Assembly (NCBI GenBank): GCA_013239625.1
Contig: MU053472.1
Span: forward strand, 2,949,822-3,013,821
DNA: 64,000 nt
Origin: Lama guanicoe
Lineage: Eukaryota
Direction: 5' to 3'
The notes below the pieces were generated by a model that did no database searches, was not told where the DNA came from, and saw only the letters and a program-made list of their open reading frames with translations. The translations under genes were made by a program, and so were the position numbers. Positions within the stretch are counted from its first letter, which is position 1. Each line of letters opens with the position of its first letter. Below are positions 28,034 through 41,380 of the stretch, in pieces.

Positions 28034-28244
28034 CTAAAGTAAGAAACACAAGCATAACACACGCTAGTGGAAACATAATCCCCAACCTCGACCCCCACCC
28101 CCACCACCTCCCCTAGTTCCACAAAATTAAATTTGGTCTCAAAAATCCTAGGACCTAGGGCTGCCATTAAAATAAAAGAGAACAAATAAATTATCAAACT
28201 ACTCAATCAATTAGAATCATATATATAAAAAAACCAAATAATAC

Positions 28245-28472
28245 CGCTTGAATATATGCAGTATTTTCTCTATCTCGTGGACCAATCAAATTGCAGAATT
28301 TTTCCCTGACTGGATAAAGTCTTCCAGGTATATCGAATATTGGACAATTTCCAAAGAATGCAGAGAGCTTGGCTAATTCCATAGTTGCTGACATCACCAC
28401 GACCTTTAAATGCTCCTTCCTGTTAGGAGACTTCTCCTGAAATAGCTTCTTCAGTAAACCAAATAAGATGTC
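28245..28472 (-). CDS. DHX40: DHX40 exon 5, motif III SAT
   Basis: AG/GT flanks, 228 nt, DILFGLLKK...VVMSATM...AYIQA. Confidence 0.97.
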
Positions 28473-28621
28473 CTGAAAAAAAAAGTAAATTTCTTGTAAG
28501 TCACAAGTATACCTAACAACCAACTTATTTTAAATACTTTGCTCACCTAAGCAAAGAATTCCTATTTGGATAGATTAAAATGTAAGTAAGAGAATGCAAT
28601 TCACTATACAGGACAAAGCTA

Positions 28622-28792
<171 letters not shown>

Positions 28793-28819
28793 CTAATGTT
28801 CAAACAGCAGAGTACATCA

Positions 28820-28856
28820 ATAGATAGATAGATAGGTAGATAGATAGATAGATAGA
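28820..28856. repeat. (TAGA)n tetranucleotide microsatellite
   Basis: ~9 units with one TAGG variant. Confidence 0.95.
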
Positions 28857-29654
28857 ATGAATCACAGAAATTCACCTCTGCTGCCCAAACTAAATTTCCC
28901 CCCAAAATGTAGACAGTAAGTGATCAAACTAATCTGACTAAACAAAAAAGAACATAAAATAGTCTAATAACATATATCTAATAACATGCATGGTAAATTA
29001 TGAAACTTATAATCTATATATAGACAAGAATAAGGAATTAAGGTGGATGTTCTGGAATAAAGCAACAAAGGTGACCAATAAGGAAACATAATGAAGTCAG
29101 TGGAAAGTGGTTAAGATAATGCAATGACTCCAGGTGAGCAAGCTGTGGGAAACAATGAAATGGGATTCATCTCCCTGTCTCAGCTGCTATTTTAGAGGAC
29201 TCAGGAGAAAAGGCAAAGGAAGTGGTAAGGTGTATCATTTTCTTTTACCCTCTTGTTCCCTGCCCATTTTCCGATTACAAAAATAGTGTCAGTTGACTAG
29301 CATTAAAACAAAGGGCGAATAAGGTCCAAAGGTGAGGAATTAATAGCAGTGACATACATAAAACAAGGGGAAAAGGAAAGAACAAAAAATTCCCACCAGT
29401 GACCACTGGAAGGCAAAGATAGTATTTTAGGGAGTCATTCTTTGCACTATTGATGGTCATTCCTATTCATGACCATATGCAAATCAGTGATTGCTCTGTA
29501 TCTGGTACAGGATTAAGAAATCCTGTGGGAATGTAAACAGTAACTATGAACTATTGTCATGAATACAGAAGATGCTCAATAAGTATTTGCTTACCAATTT
29601 TGTTAAGTTGTCAGTTTTCCATTGACTTCAAGAATACAAACTTATACTTTATAT

Positions 29655-29985
29655 GAACCTTGAAAACATTAACTAAATAAGCCAGACACCAAGGACAAAA
29701 TACTGTATGATTCCACTTATACAGGGTACTTAGAATACGGAAATGCACAGAGACAAAGTAGAACAGACATTACCAGGGGCTGGGGGGAGATGGAAATGTG
29801 GAGGTACTGTTTAACAGACACAGTTTCTGTTTGGGATGGTGAAAAAGCTCTGAAAATAGTGATAAGTTACACAGCACTCTGAATGTACTTAATGCCACTG
29901 AATTGTACACCTAAAAATAGTTTTTAAAAATGGTAAAAATTGTAAATTTCATGTCACGTATATTTTACTATAATAAAAATTTTTT
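29655..29985 (+). mobile_element. L1MB-like 3'UTR
   Basis: aatgtacttaatgccactgaattgtacac motif, shared with 63696-63723. Confidence 0.85.
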
Positions 29986-30171
29986 TAAGAATACAAATGG
30001 AAATTACACGCCAAGGATCCTCACAGCTAAATACATAAAATAAGAGACCTACGAAAAATCAAGATAACTGTCACATAAATTAAGGGAGAAGGGATAAATT
30101 AGACAACACAGAGCTAAAGCATTAACAACAGGCAACACAAACTAATTCTACTCAGAGGCTTTGTTTCTTTA

Positions 30172-30453
<282 letters not shown>

Positions 30454-30957
30454 CTATTAGAGCTCAATTGTTTCTGGTCAATCAGTACAAACCGTTCAAG
30501 TGTTTCTAAAAGAAAACTGTGCAAATTAACAACACACTGTATTACATTTGCGCCATGGAAATTTAAGTATAAATTTAAAATAAGAATACATATTAATAAC
30601 CATTCTAATGTACATATTTTAGTTTTTTTCCAATTTCAATCTGAAGATTTAATCTAAAGAATAAGCCAAAAATTTTTAACTCTTAGGAATCTAAAATTTC
30701 ACACACATCCTATAATAGAAGTTTAAATATACAACTTTTCGTAGATTCTACAGGCTTTTTATTACCATCTTAATATCTCTGAAAGGGAGATGCATTTTAT
30801 AATTGATGACACCTTTCTTTATTAATAGTATGTAAAATAGTGCTATGTCTTAATAGATGGCAGATTTGATGCCTTAGAGTAAGTTAATATAAGCTAAATT
30901 TTTTGGTGTTTTTTTATATGAATAATATCCAACACACTTTTGCTCTGTACCAAACTT

Positions 30958-31125
30958 TTTTAAAAAATATATTTATTGTCACTTTTTTTTTTTTTCGCTG
31001 TGAGCTACCACAAGATCTTGTATATATTTCCCTGTTTATCTAGTCTACATTTTGAAATCCCACTCTGTCCCTTTCCATCCCCTGCTCCCTTGGCAACCAC
31101 AAGTTTGTATTCTATGTCTGAGTCT
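30958..31125 (-). mobile_element. Short young L1 3'UTR fragment with TSD
   Basis: Similar to the 3'UTR at 60760-61030; TSD TGTACCAAACTT at 30946-30957 and 31126-31137. Confidence 0.88.
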
Positions 31126-31601
31126 TGTACCAAACTTATGATAGAAAGTTTTACCATGAGGAAGGGAAAAACACTGTAAGGGTAATTTGTTTAGCTGGCT
31201 TGGTGTTAGCAAAGTCAAGTAATCAACAGTTACCTGATACAGCTCTAGAGAAAGAACCAAGAAATGTCAGTGGTAGATATCAATATAATCCCTTCTCCCT
31301 GAAAATTATTTCAATACCCAATGTTTAATAGTCTACTGCATGACAACCTTATTTTAGAGCAGAGAATCAACATCTACCTATAATTCTATTTGGAGTTATA
31401 ATGGTAATTAAAAATGGAAAACCTGCCATCTCAGCTAATTCCTGCATCCAAAATAAGACGACAAAGAAGCAAGGAAGATGCAGGGAAAGTGTGCTAAGAG
31501 AAGAACAGGGATGTAAGAGTTTGAGTAATACAGAAGTCCTATTAGCTTTTAAGAGGATATTTTAAAAAAATATTCCCAGTGTTATCCCAGAATAAAATTA
31601 C

Positions 31602-31769
31602 CTGCTTCATATAGATATTTTGGGAGTTGAGTTGTTTTACCACTTCCTGTATTTCCAGTAACAATAAGGAATGAATTCTCCCTCACAGCTTGAATAAGCT
31701 TTTTCCTTTGTTTTTGAATAGGAAAAGTTGGAGTAGTTCCTCCCTCCTGTGATGTGCATCCTTTCTCCT
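31602..31769 (-). CDS. DHX40: DHX40 exon 2, includes Walker [10 protein letters not shown]
   Basis: AG/GT flanks, 168 nt, translates [11 protein letters not shown]...[20 protein letters not shown] in frame. Confidence 0.97.
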
Positions 31770-32289
31770 CTGTAATAACAGAAAAAAAAAAGAAACTGTT
31801 TAATTAAAATGCCTGTAAAGATTTCTCTGACTCAGTCTGCCAGAACTGAAAAGAGAATGACATTTCTTGAAGACAATTTCAGGGCTGGCAAGAATCAACC
31901 CATGACTTCTCAGTTAAATCACTTACATCCAATTAGCAAGTCCAGAGCAACTTTTCAGTGAAATCTAACAACCTGAGCATTTACTAATGCATGACTCAAA
32001 GTATCTGACAGAGTAAGCCTAGCACAAGGCAATGTATTTGCAAGCATACCTATACAGAAGCACAAAACCCAATTTTATTAAACAAAACCCAATTTTATTA
32101 AACAAAAACTGGAACACAGCGGAAAAACTCTCAGCTGAATTAAAAGCCACCTGTGTTTGCTTCTGATTCATGGTTCAAGTTAGGTCCCTGTTCAGAGTGA
32201 CTGATATCCCAGAAGGCCAAGTGGTGGGTAACCATGGAAACTGGCTCCTGGAAACTGGCTCCCTTCATACCATACCCAAAGGCAGGCTG

Positions 32290-33070
32290 GCGGCCCGACG
32301 AAGGGGCGGGGTGGGGGGGGTGGATGGGTAGAGAACAAAGGCTTTATAAGCCTGTTTAAGAGCAGAACGCGTCTCGGCGATGGGGTTCACTTTTTTGTCC
32401 CCCAGTGGGGTTCTCACTCAACTTGCGTCTGGGACCGCCCCCCTCTAGACCAAAGTGCTCACTGGACGCAAAGTTCGCCTCCGGCTTGGAGGGCGAGAAG
32501 AACGATGCGCCCCTCACCCTACTCTTCTCTACCTGCCTAAGGAGGACTTTTACCCCCCTAAACCCCATGCCATAACTCCCGTTAGCCTCCGTAGTGTCCC
32601 GCCGACCGCACCTCTATCCGCGATGGAAACAGCCGAAGGCCGCTCTTCCTGGAGGTCTCTTGAGCGCTCAACCTCCTCCTGCCGCCTTGGCGCCCTGCCC
32701 GCGACAGCGGGAAACCGGGACATAGACCTGGCCCGGAGCGGAGGTGAGCACGTCCACCGATCCAGGGAGATGGGAGGGGAAAGGAGAAGACGCGCCCTGA
32801 TGACGTTGAGGTGTTTACTTCCGCGCGTGCGACTCGAGCGAGGGGAGGGGGAGCTGTTTGATGACGTGGCGCGCGGCGGCAGGAGAGCCACCCCGCCCCG
32901 CGACAGGGCGGCGAGCCGAGGGCCCACCCACGAGTGTTTCCCGCCATCTGCCCGCGTGCTCTGAGCCTTAGACGGCGAAGCCAGACCCGGATCCGGAAGG
33001 GCCCTCGCCTGTTTCTCTTCTTGGGCACAAAAGGGCCAGGCGACTCCTTTCTTCTCGGCCACAGTGGTCA
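32290..33070. promoter_or_regulatory. CpG-island promoter of DHX40
   Basis: Only GC/CpG-dense stretch in the window, spanning exon 1. Motifs: TGATGACGT at 32798 and 32859, ETS ACTTCCG 32817-32823 and CCGGAAG 32993-32999, E2F-like TTTCCCGC 32937-32944, YY1-like CCGCCATCT 32941-32949. Confidence 0.9.
32612..32723 (-). CDS. DHX40: DHX40 coding exon 1 ([17 protein letters not shown]...SIADR)
   Basis: ATG at 32723-32721; recognisable DHX40 N-terminus; GT donor at 32611-32610; 112 nt, phase 1; within CpG island. Confidence 0.96.
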
Positions 33071-36000
33071 CTGCAAGCCTATCCTGAATTTACACAGCTG
33101 AAGTGATATGACCCTTTGCCAGGAGCTGGAACCCTCCTGGAGTTCAGCGTTCCACAAAAGTCTCACCTTGCTCATCCTAAAATGGCCCGTTCAAGGCACA
33201 CAGCTAATGAGTTGCAGAGCTGAATTTCTAGTTCTACAGTGTCCAGGACTTAGGTTCCCCACACTGTTCATTTCCTTCATGGGATCCTGCATTTTAATTT
33301 ATTTCTGTGTTTATTTTCTTCCCCTTTGCCCCAACCATAAAAACGCAAGGGCAGCAACTTTAGAAAACCATGGTACACTCAGTCCAGCAAAGTGATTCAA
33401 AGTGGGCCGTCAGTATTTGAATTTGCTGAATGGGTGAATGAATGATTGATCTCCAGAGATACTGAGCCCACTTAATGGTTGTGGATTTCTTGGAAACCAC
33501 AAAAGCTGAAAAGTTAAACAGATATACAACAATCAGGTGGGGTGACTTTTTCAGGAAAGGTACTTAGGGAGGAGATCTCTCTGTTATAGAATCTTACGAT
33601 TTTGTAACTGATGTCAATTGTAATAAAATCAGTGCAAGAAGATTGTCTCTTGGACTTTTCAACTGTTCCTGCTGTTAGAATTGACCAACACTTAACTGCT
33701 AAAGAAGACAACTCAAGTTTTGTCACTTTACATTAACTAAAGGCCACTATTCTCCCATCTAACCAGGCTTCAAAAGATGTCATTGGCCCCCAAGATTTTC
33801 CTGTGCTCATTAAAAATGTATATATACCAACTCCTTTTAAATGGGACTGATTAACATCTCTTAAAATGCAAATTTATCAGATGTTGAGTGAGGGCAGCTT
33901 TCTAACAACCTTCATATCTCCAAAACCTGGAAACTACAGGAATAAATCTGGTAATAGGAGAACGTCTCAGATTTCTCTCATCCTTGAAAGGAATCTCCCA
34001 ACCTTCTGGATTCTGTTAAAAATTCAAAATATTACAAATCAGAAAAATAAACCATAAAGCAAAACTACATTTGTAGTACAGGCAAGGTATCAGTGAGTTC
34101 AGGGTAAGGTATTTCAGTGGCATAATAAAGTCACTTTCTAAGAAAATGAGCAAATCATTTCAGACCAATGATAGTTACCATTTATTGAGCACTTAGCGGT
34201 CAAACATTTGATATAAATTGTTTTCATTTATTCCTCACAAAACCCCATAGAGGTGGGTTATAATCAGTAGTTTTCACATATGGGAATCAAGGCTCACATA
34301 CTTGCTCAGGACAACAAAACAAAGAGATAATAGGACTGAATTTCAAAGCCACGCTAATAACTACTATACTGTAATGCGAGATAGAATTATCTAAGTCTTG
34401 GTGGCTAATATATTTTCTTTCAATATTTATAAATCAGCTATTATATCTCCATTCTCATATGAGAACCACCTAATGAGAGTATCCAGAATAAAACCTGTAA
34501 GCCAAGAATAAAGAAAAGTAAAAGTGAAAAACTCAAATATCGTTTAACATTGTTGATTTTAAAACCAAGGACGTTTAAAACATGTTACCATTAATAACCA
34601 TGTGCTCAGGGCTATTGCACACTGAAAGATCAACAATTATTTCCTGCCCAGTGAGTTTACAAATTACAAAGGCAAACAAGATCCAAATACAGACTGAAAA
34701 TAGAAAATACATGGATTGGATTTGAGAAGAAAGGTCAGTGTTTCAAAGGAAAAAATTCAGTGTTCCCAACAACAGTGAATCTTTCCTGTTATCTTTGGGT
34801 CACAAGAAAAACCTGAGACAAATGATATTCAAAGAAGTGTGAGAAGTATGACTTGCACCCTGCTGCTGTTGCTTCATAAGCCATCTTTCAAAATGTTCTC
34901 AAATCCAAGCAATCTGCTTCTGAGCATCAGAAACACAGGAAGGAAGCTCAATATTAAAGATTTACAAAAGCAGAATAGAATTTTTTAATCCTCTTCAGGA
35001 AAGAAAGGAGAGTATAGAACCACTGTTATAATTTAAAAGAAAAAACTGGAGCAGAAAGGAAAATTATCAAAGATATTAACACAATAAAATCCAGAAAGTT
35101 AAAAACACCAGACAAATGACAGTATGCAGAAAGCTAATCATAACAAGAAGGCACAGAGAGTGAGAAATAGTGTTAAAAGTACACCATATTTTTTTAATCC
35201 ACGAATTTGACCAAAACAATCGTTGTTTTGGTAAAGAGAAGCACATAGGAACCAGATTTTAAGTGGGTGGGAAGAGAATTAGAGAGTAAACTGAAAATGT
35301 ACTTAATGCATTTGGTTAGACTCAACTAAGGTAAGTGAATGGAGAGAAGAGAATAGCCAGAAAAAGATGCCGCTGCTACAGTATATGTATGATGAGTCAC
35401 AGTCAATGGAATTATTGGGGTACCACTGAAGTAGGTGTGTTTTGGAGAGCTGAAACACAGAGGTACTAACGAAGGAGAAAAAGCAAGTTCATATTTTGAG
35501 AAAGGATGTAGGACTGGAGGAAAGAGAACAAACTTTTAGCCAAGGCAGGTATAATAACTCTACCTTGTGGCAGATTTGTATCCCAAAATATGAATCTGAT
35601 TGTTCCTTCATTACTTCCCTCCTTTATTTCTATCTCACTTGTAAGCCAAGGACCTTCCTTCCTCCTCGGCCCTCACCAGAGCAGAAACAAAGATCCAGAG
35701 TCACTGCTGACCTGAAGGCCAAGATAGGTGCCTCCCATGCATGCTTGCAGAACTCGTTATTGTCTGTCTCCGACAAATGAGATGGAGCCTAGGGACAGCA
35801 GAGAAAAGAGAGATTGTCATGAGAAAGGAAGAACTGATCGAAGGAATCAGGAGCTCTCAAAGTAGGCAAGAGAAAGAGGATCTTTTGTTACAAAGTTCTG
35901 GTGGAAGGAATTCAAGAAGATGAGCCATCTAAAGTGAGGACCATTCCTCCATTAAAAATAAATTAAAAAACCAAAGCCTATGATCACTTAGTCATTTAGC

Positions 36001-37314
36001 AGTCCTGGATACATAAAGGCCTGGAACAAGTGGGGAGCTCTTATGTTCCGGGGGTAATGGAGGCATAACGAAGAACCTCACTCCCTAAACTGGGTAGTTA
36101 GACGGTAACAATAGGGAATTTTCCTATGAGTGAGGTAGGGGACCCCATGCCACTGTTACATATGCTACTAACTCACTTCTAGGACATCAGCAGTTTGGGC
36201 ATTTAGAGGGAAATAATTACATGTCCATACCATAGAACTTATAAAAGTATCCACGTTTCAGTTCAAAAGTAAAAACCATCATCACACTTTCTCCTCTTTC
36301 TTCTCTCTTTTTTGGTTTTAAGTGTCCAGATATTAAGATTTGAGTATCACCAAGCAGTCATTAAATCATTCATCAATGATACTATTTAATTGAAAGCTTA
36401 ATGATAATTGAGATACTTTTAGTCATTGTCAGTGAAAACTGATGCTTTACACCTATGCATATAATCTTGCCACAATGTGTGTGTCCCATTATCCTATTAA
36501 TAAAATAGGACTTCTTTCAAATAAAAGCTCAGTGAGTACTTTAACTTCCTATTCATTCATTCATATGTTCACTCAATAAGTATTAGAATCTACAGCTATA
36601 TTATGTACCCTTTTTAATAGCCACACAGAGGGATACAAATATGTATAAGAGATGATCATTACTTTCAATGAGATTAGAAGTAGTCAAGGAGATAAATATT
36701 TAGAGGAGGAAGAACTAATAGAGTAATCAGAAAAGGCTTCTTGAAGTTAGTGGCATTTGAACGGAGCTTTGAAAGTTGCAAAGATTTCAGTAAATGCCAG
36801 GGAAAAATCCTGGATAGAAGAAATCTCACAAAGACACTAATAGAGTGACCAAGATATTATTAATTATGAATGATTGAGAAATCTGCAAAATTAATGTCCT
36901 ATCTCTGGCGATGGTCTCTGTAAATCTTTCACTTGCCTGAAGGTGGCAAGCTGGGTTTATCTGAGAAACTTCAGCATAAACCTTATTTGAAGGAAAAATG
37001 AAACATTACTGTTTTTCTGAGGGGAAAAAAAAAAACTTTCATTGACATTTAACTTGTAAAATTGAAAAGTGAAAAAGATTGAAATTACTAACATAAGTTA
37101 ATCATTTAAATACTGTACATATTTAATATTACTTATTTTAAAGCACATGGATTTTATATTGCAAGTACTTTACATTTTAATTTTAAATTTTTATTGTCCT
37201 TATTGATTTCTCAGTTATGATACAGTTTTTTCATAGGAGAAAAAAGGAGCTTATACTTTTAAGTATAACCATTAAAATCTATAGTAAGTCTATGTATAAG
37301 TCTTTTGGAGTGTA

Positions 37315-38575
37315 GTAAGTTTTATTGAGACATAATTTCCAAATAGTAAAAATCATCCTTTTTAGTGTATAGTTGCATGCATTTTATGAATTTTGCCAAG
37401 TGCATATGGTGTGTAACCACTATTATAATAAAAATATAAAACAGTTACATTACTCTAACATACTTCTCTGTGGTCAGTCCCTTCCTTCGCCCCTAGCCCC
37501 TGGCAACCACTGATTTGTTTTGTCTCTATAGTTTTGCCTCTTCCAAAATGTTACATGAATAGAATCATAAAATTTGTACCCTTGTTTGGTCTGTCTTCTT
37601 TCATTCAGCAGAATTACTTTGAGATTCAGCTATAGCTGAATATAGCTGTGGTGTGTATTAATAATTCAATCATTTTTATTACTGAGTAGTATTCCGTTGT
37701 ATGGATGTACCACAAGTTGTTTATCAGTTCATTAATTCGGGGACATTTATGTTCTTTTCAGTTTCTTGGTAATTATGCACAAAGTCACTATAAACAGTCA
37801 CATGCAGGTTTTTGAGTGACCATGTTTTCATTTCTCTTCAGTAAATACATAGGAGTGGAATTGCTGGGTCGAACGATAAATGTATGTTTACAAGAAACTG
37901 CCAATCTGTTTTTCCAAACTGGCTGGTCCATTTTGCACTCCTGCCAAACATGTATGAGAATTCCAGTTGCTCTGCATCCTTCCTAGGGCCTGATATTGTC
38001 AGTTTGTCTGTCTATATTACCCATTCTAATAGGCAGTGGTGGGATGTCATTGTGGTTTTAATTTACATATCCCTATGACAATGATGTTGAACATCTTTTT
38101 ATGCATTTATTTGTAGCCTGCATATCTCTTTGGTGAAATGTCCATTCAAATCTTTTGTCTACTTGTGTGTGGGAGGGAGGGGTTACTTATTTTATTATTA
38201 AGTTTTGAGAGTTTCTTATGGATTCTGGATTCAAGTCCTTAATCAGGTGCTTTACAAATATTTTAACCCAGTCCATGGCTTGACCTTTAATTTTCTTAAT
38301 CGTGTCTTTCAAAGAGAAGAGGTTTTTAATTTTGATGAAGTCCAATTTATCAATGTTTTTCTTTTGATTGGACTTTTGGTGTGATACCTAAGAAATCTTT
38401 GCCCAATTCAAGATCACAAAGATGTCCTTGTAAGTTTCCTTCTATAATTTTATAATTTTAGGTTTTATAGTTAGGTTTGTAATCCATTTTCAGTTGATTT
38501 TTGTATATGATACAAGGTACGGGTCAATGTTGTTTTTTTCTATGTAGATGTCCAATTGTTCAGTATCATTTCTTC
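37315..38575 (-). mobile_element. L1MB/MA-like 3' fragment
   Basis: Reverse-complement L1 3'UTR and ORF2 end. Confidence 0.85.
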
Positions 38576-39399
38576 ACAGGAGAAAAATTTAACAGAGGAA
38601 TAGACTCACCCTTTTAAATCATAGTTAAAATCTGTGATTGGTCGTATTTGAGAGCTTTTTTCAATTTTTTGTTTTTCAATTTTTTCATTTTTTTTAGAGA
38701 TGAGGAAACTGAGACCTTAAGATCCCCTGTGACTTGCCCACGGTCATACAGCTATACAGAGGCAGAGCAAAGTCCAGGGTTCAACTTTCCAAATTTCAGG
38801 CTATTGCCTTCTCTGCCAACTCTTTGTGGCCTCCCTATTGAATAAGTCACTAACTTTATTTCTATTTTTTAAATATAGATTTTGCTGCAACTATAAGCTT
38901 TTATCTAAAACTTCATTTTCACTGCTTTTTCTAGCTACTACATGAATTTGACTAAGCAGAATTAAACCCAGTTTCTACAAAATACCTCTAAGCTTTATCC
39001 AATGCCACTGAGTTTACAAATCTCATCACAAAATAAATACACAGGAAGGCAACATAATCTAGACAAAAGAAACAAATCTAATTTAGTAACCTAGGGATTA
39101 CTAAAATGCTGAGATTTTAGTTGATAATTCTAAGATTGCACGTATGCATAATTTTTTACTTTACATTAAATTAGCTACATCTCCTTTCATTTAATTGTAA
39201 ATTAGACAGAAAATTCATCTCTTTTACTACCTGGGACTTCCAGCAAACCTGATGAATTAAATCTGAATGATCCCACCTTGCCTTATGCAACAATAACACA
39301 TGTGTGCTTGATAAAATATAAGAAAGAGAAAAATCCCTAGATGTCAGAAACAAATAGGGAATGCAAATCTATCTACAGGAAAATTAAACACTGTTCTGT

Positions 39400-41380
39400 G
39401 GGGACAGTCTTCTGTGAGGACACGTTTAGGGTGCAAGGACTTCTCATAGAGTAAACATCCCCTACTGTAACTGAGCTCACAACAACAACAAATTACACGT
39501 CACATGGAGAAACACTATCATGAGAGAGGTCAAGGAACCCGACAAACAGGAAAACTACCCCTAGAACTAGAAGTAATAGGAAAATCTGAAAGAGACTGTA
39601 AAATAAGTGTTTTAAATTATTAAAAAGATTTTTTAAATAGAACCATAGTGAAACAAGAGAACATTACAAAAACAAACAGGTAGGCTTGAAAATGTAATAA
39701 AATTAAATGTCAAAAAAATTAAAAATATATTCATGGAAATTAGAAACTCAGTGGACACTTTAAACAAATCAAGAGAAAAGAATAAAGTAGAAGACAGGGC
39801 TGAGGAACTCACCCAGAACGTAGCACGTAAATGTGAAGAGATGGAAGACGTGAAAGAGAAATTAAGAGATACAGAGACTAGAATGAAGAGACTGAATATA
39901 TATTGAAAAGGAGTTCCAGAGTCATAAAAGGGGCAGAATAGGAAAGAAGCAATATCTGAGTAAATAATCAGTGAGCCCCAAACAGGAGGAAATAAAAATC
40001 ATATATGCCTAAACAAAGTGAAACACAGAACACAACAGAAAAAGAGAAAATCTTAAAAGCAACAAGATAAAAAATATTTTGTACAAGGGAATAATAATAA
40101 CATCATCAGCAGGTTTCTCATTTAACAAAAATAGAGAAAAGACAATAGAATAACAGGTATCACCACATTATTAAGGAAAATAATCGAGGTCTGCACTCAA
40201 AGTAACATTCAAAAGGGAGACTGATGTTAAGATATATTCAGACAAATACTGAAGTAATTTAATAACAATAAATTGCTGCTTAAAATATGCTCAAGTATGT
40301 ATTTCAAGATGAAGAAAAATGAAGCCAGGAAAAAAGCATTGGCTATAAGTCCTAATTGTGAACAGTAAAGTTAGTTAAAAAAAAAAAAGTAAGTATTTCT
40401 AACTTGAGAGAGTTTGTGAAAAAGTGAAACCTAATTACTATAATAACATGAATGACAGGAGGGTTGCAGCTTCTAAGATTATGTATTGTTCAAAAAAAGG
40501 CTGAGGATATCTTAGACCCGGTTGAATGTGTGTGTTATAAATTTAAGAGTCAACACTGAATGAAAAAAAGAAAGTGTTATATAAATGTCAAAGAGAAGCA
40601 AGTTAAGTTCTTGTTAGTTTCACCACTATGAAGAAAATATACTTGAGAGCCATGAACTTCTCACCAAAAGAGACAGAATCCAAGGGGAAAAAAATGTTTA
40701 AAGCTTGTATATAATTACAGTGAAGAAAAGGTAGATTTCAAAACGTGTAAGCCTATAAGAAAATAGCATAGTTTGTTTTCTGGTACTTTTTCTGTATCAC
40801 ATAAAGCTTTACGTAAATAAATCTGAAACTCCACCTGTATGGCAGCAAATCCTTTTTAATGCTATAATAAATAAAGGTTGATATTTTTCAATGCGTAATA
40901 TCCAAGCTAGTAGAAGTGGGGGAGAAATAACTCAATAGCTTAATGGAAGGCAGGAAAGTGTAGAAAAGGAAGTAAAATAAAAGCATAGTAAATAGAAAAC
41001 ACAAAATAAAATAGTAGAAATAAACTGTGTTAATAAAGATGCCGAACTATACTCACAGCATGACGCTATTTAAATGACATTTCTAACACAGAAAAAATAG
41101 TAACATTGCTTATGGATACATACCTATGTAGTAAAATTATAAAAAACATGGGATACGTACTAACTTCTGGACACAGGTAACCTGTGGTAAGTAGGGAAGG
41201 GAATGAGGTGGGACTGCTGCTTCTTTGTAATTTTGATTTCTCTTAAAAGAACCCGAAAAATAAAATTAAAATAGAAGAATCTGAACCAAAATGGCAACCT
41301 GTTAAGGTTTGCTGTTGAGTACTTAGATGTTATCATGTTCTGTTCTGTTCTTTTACGAATATCTGAAAAATTAACTCTAC
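39400..41380 (+). mobile_element. Old L1M fragments (ORF1 region and 3' pieces)
   Basis: A-rich ORF1-like sequence (gagaaattaagagatacagagactagaatgaaga). Confidence 0.65.

Noticed and set aside
32455..32964. 169-aa plus-strand ORF over the CpG island
   Set aside because: Non-ATG start, Arg/Pro/Ala-rich, no recognisable domain; expected from GC-rich antisense sequence
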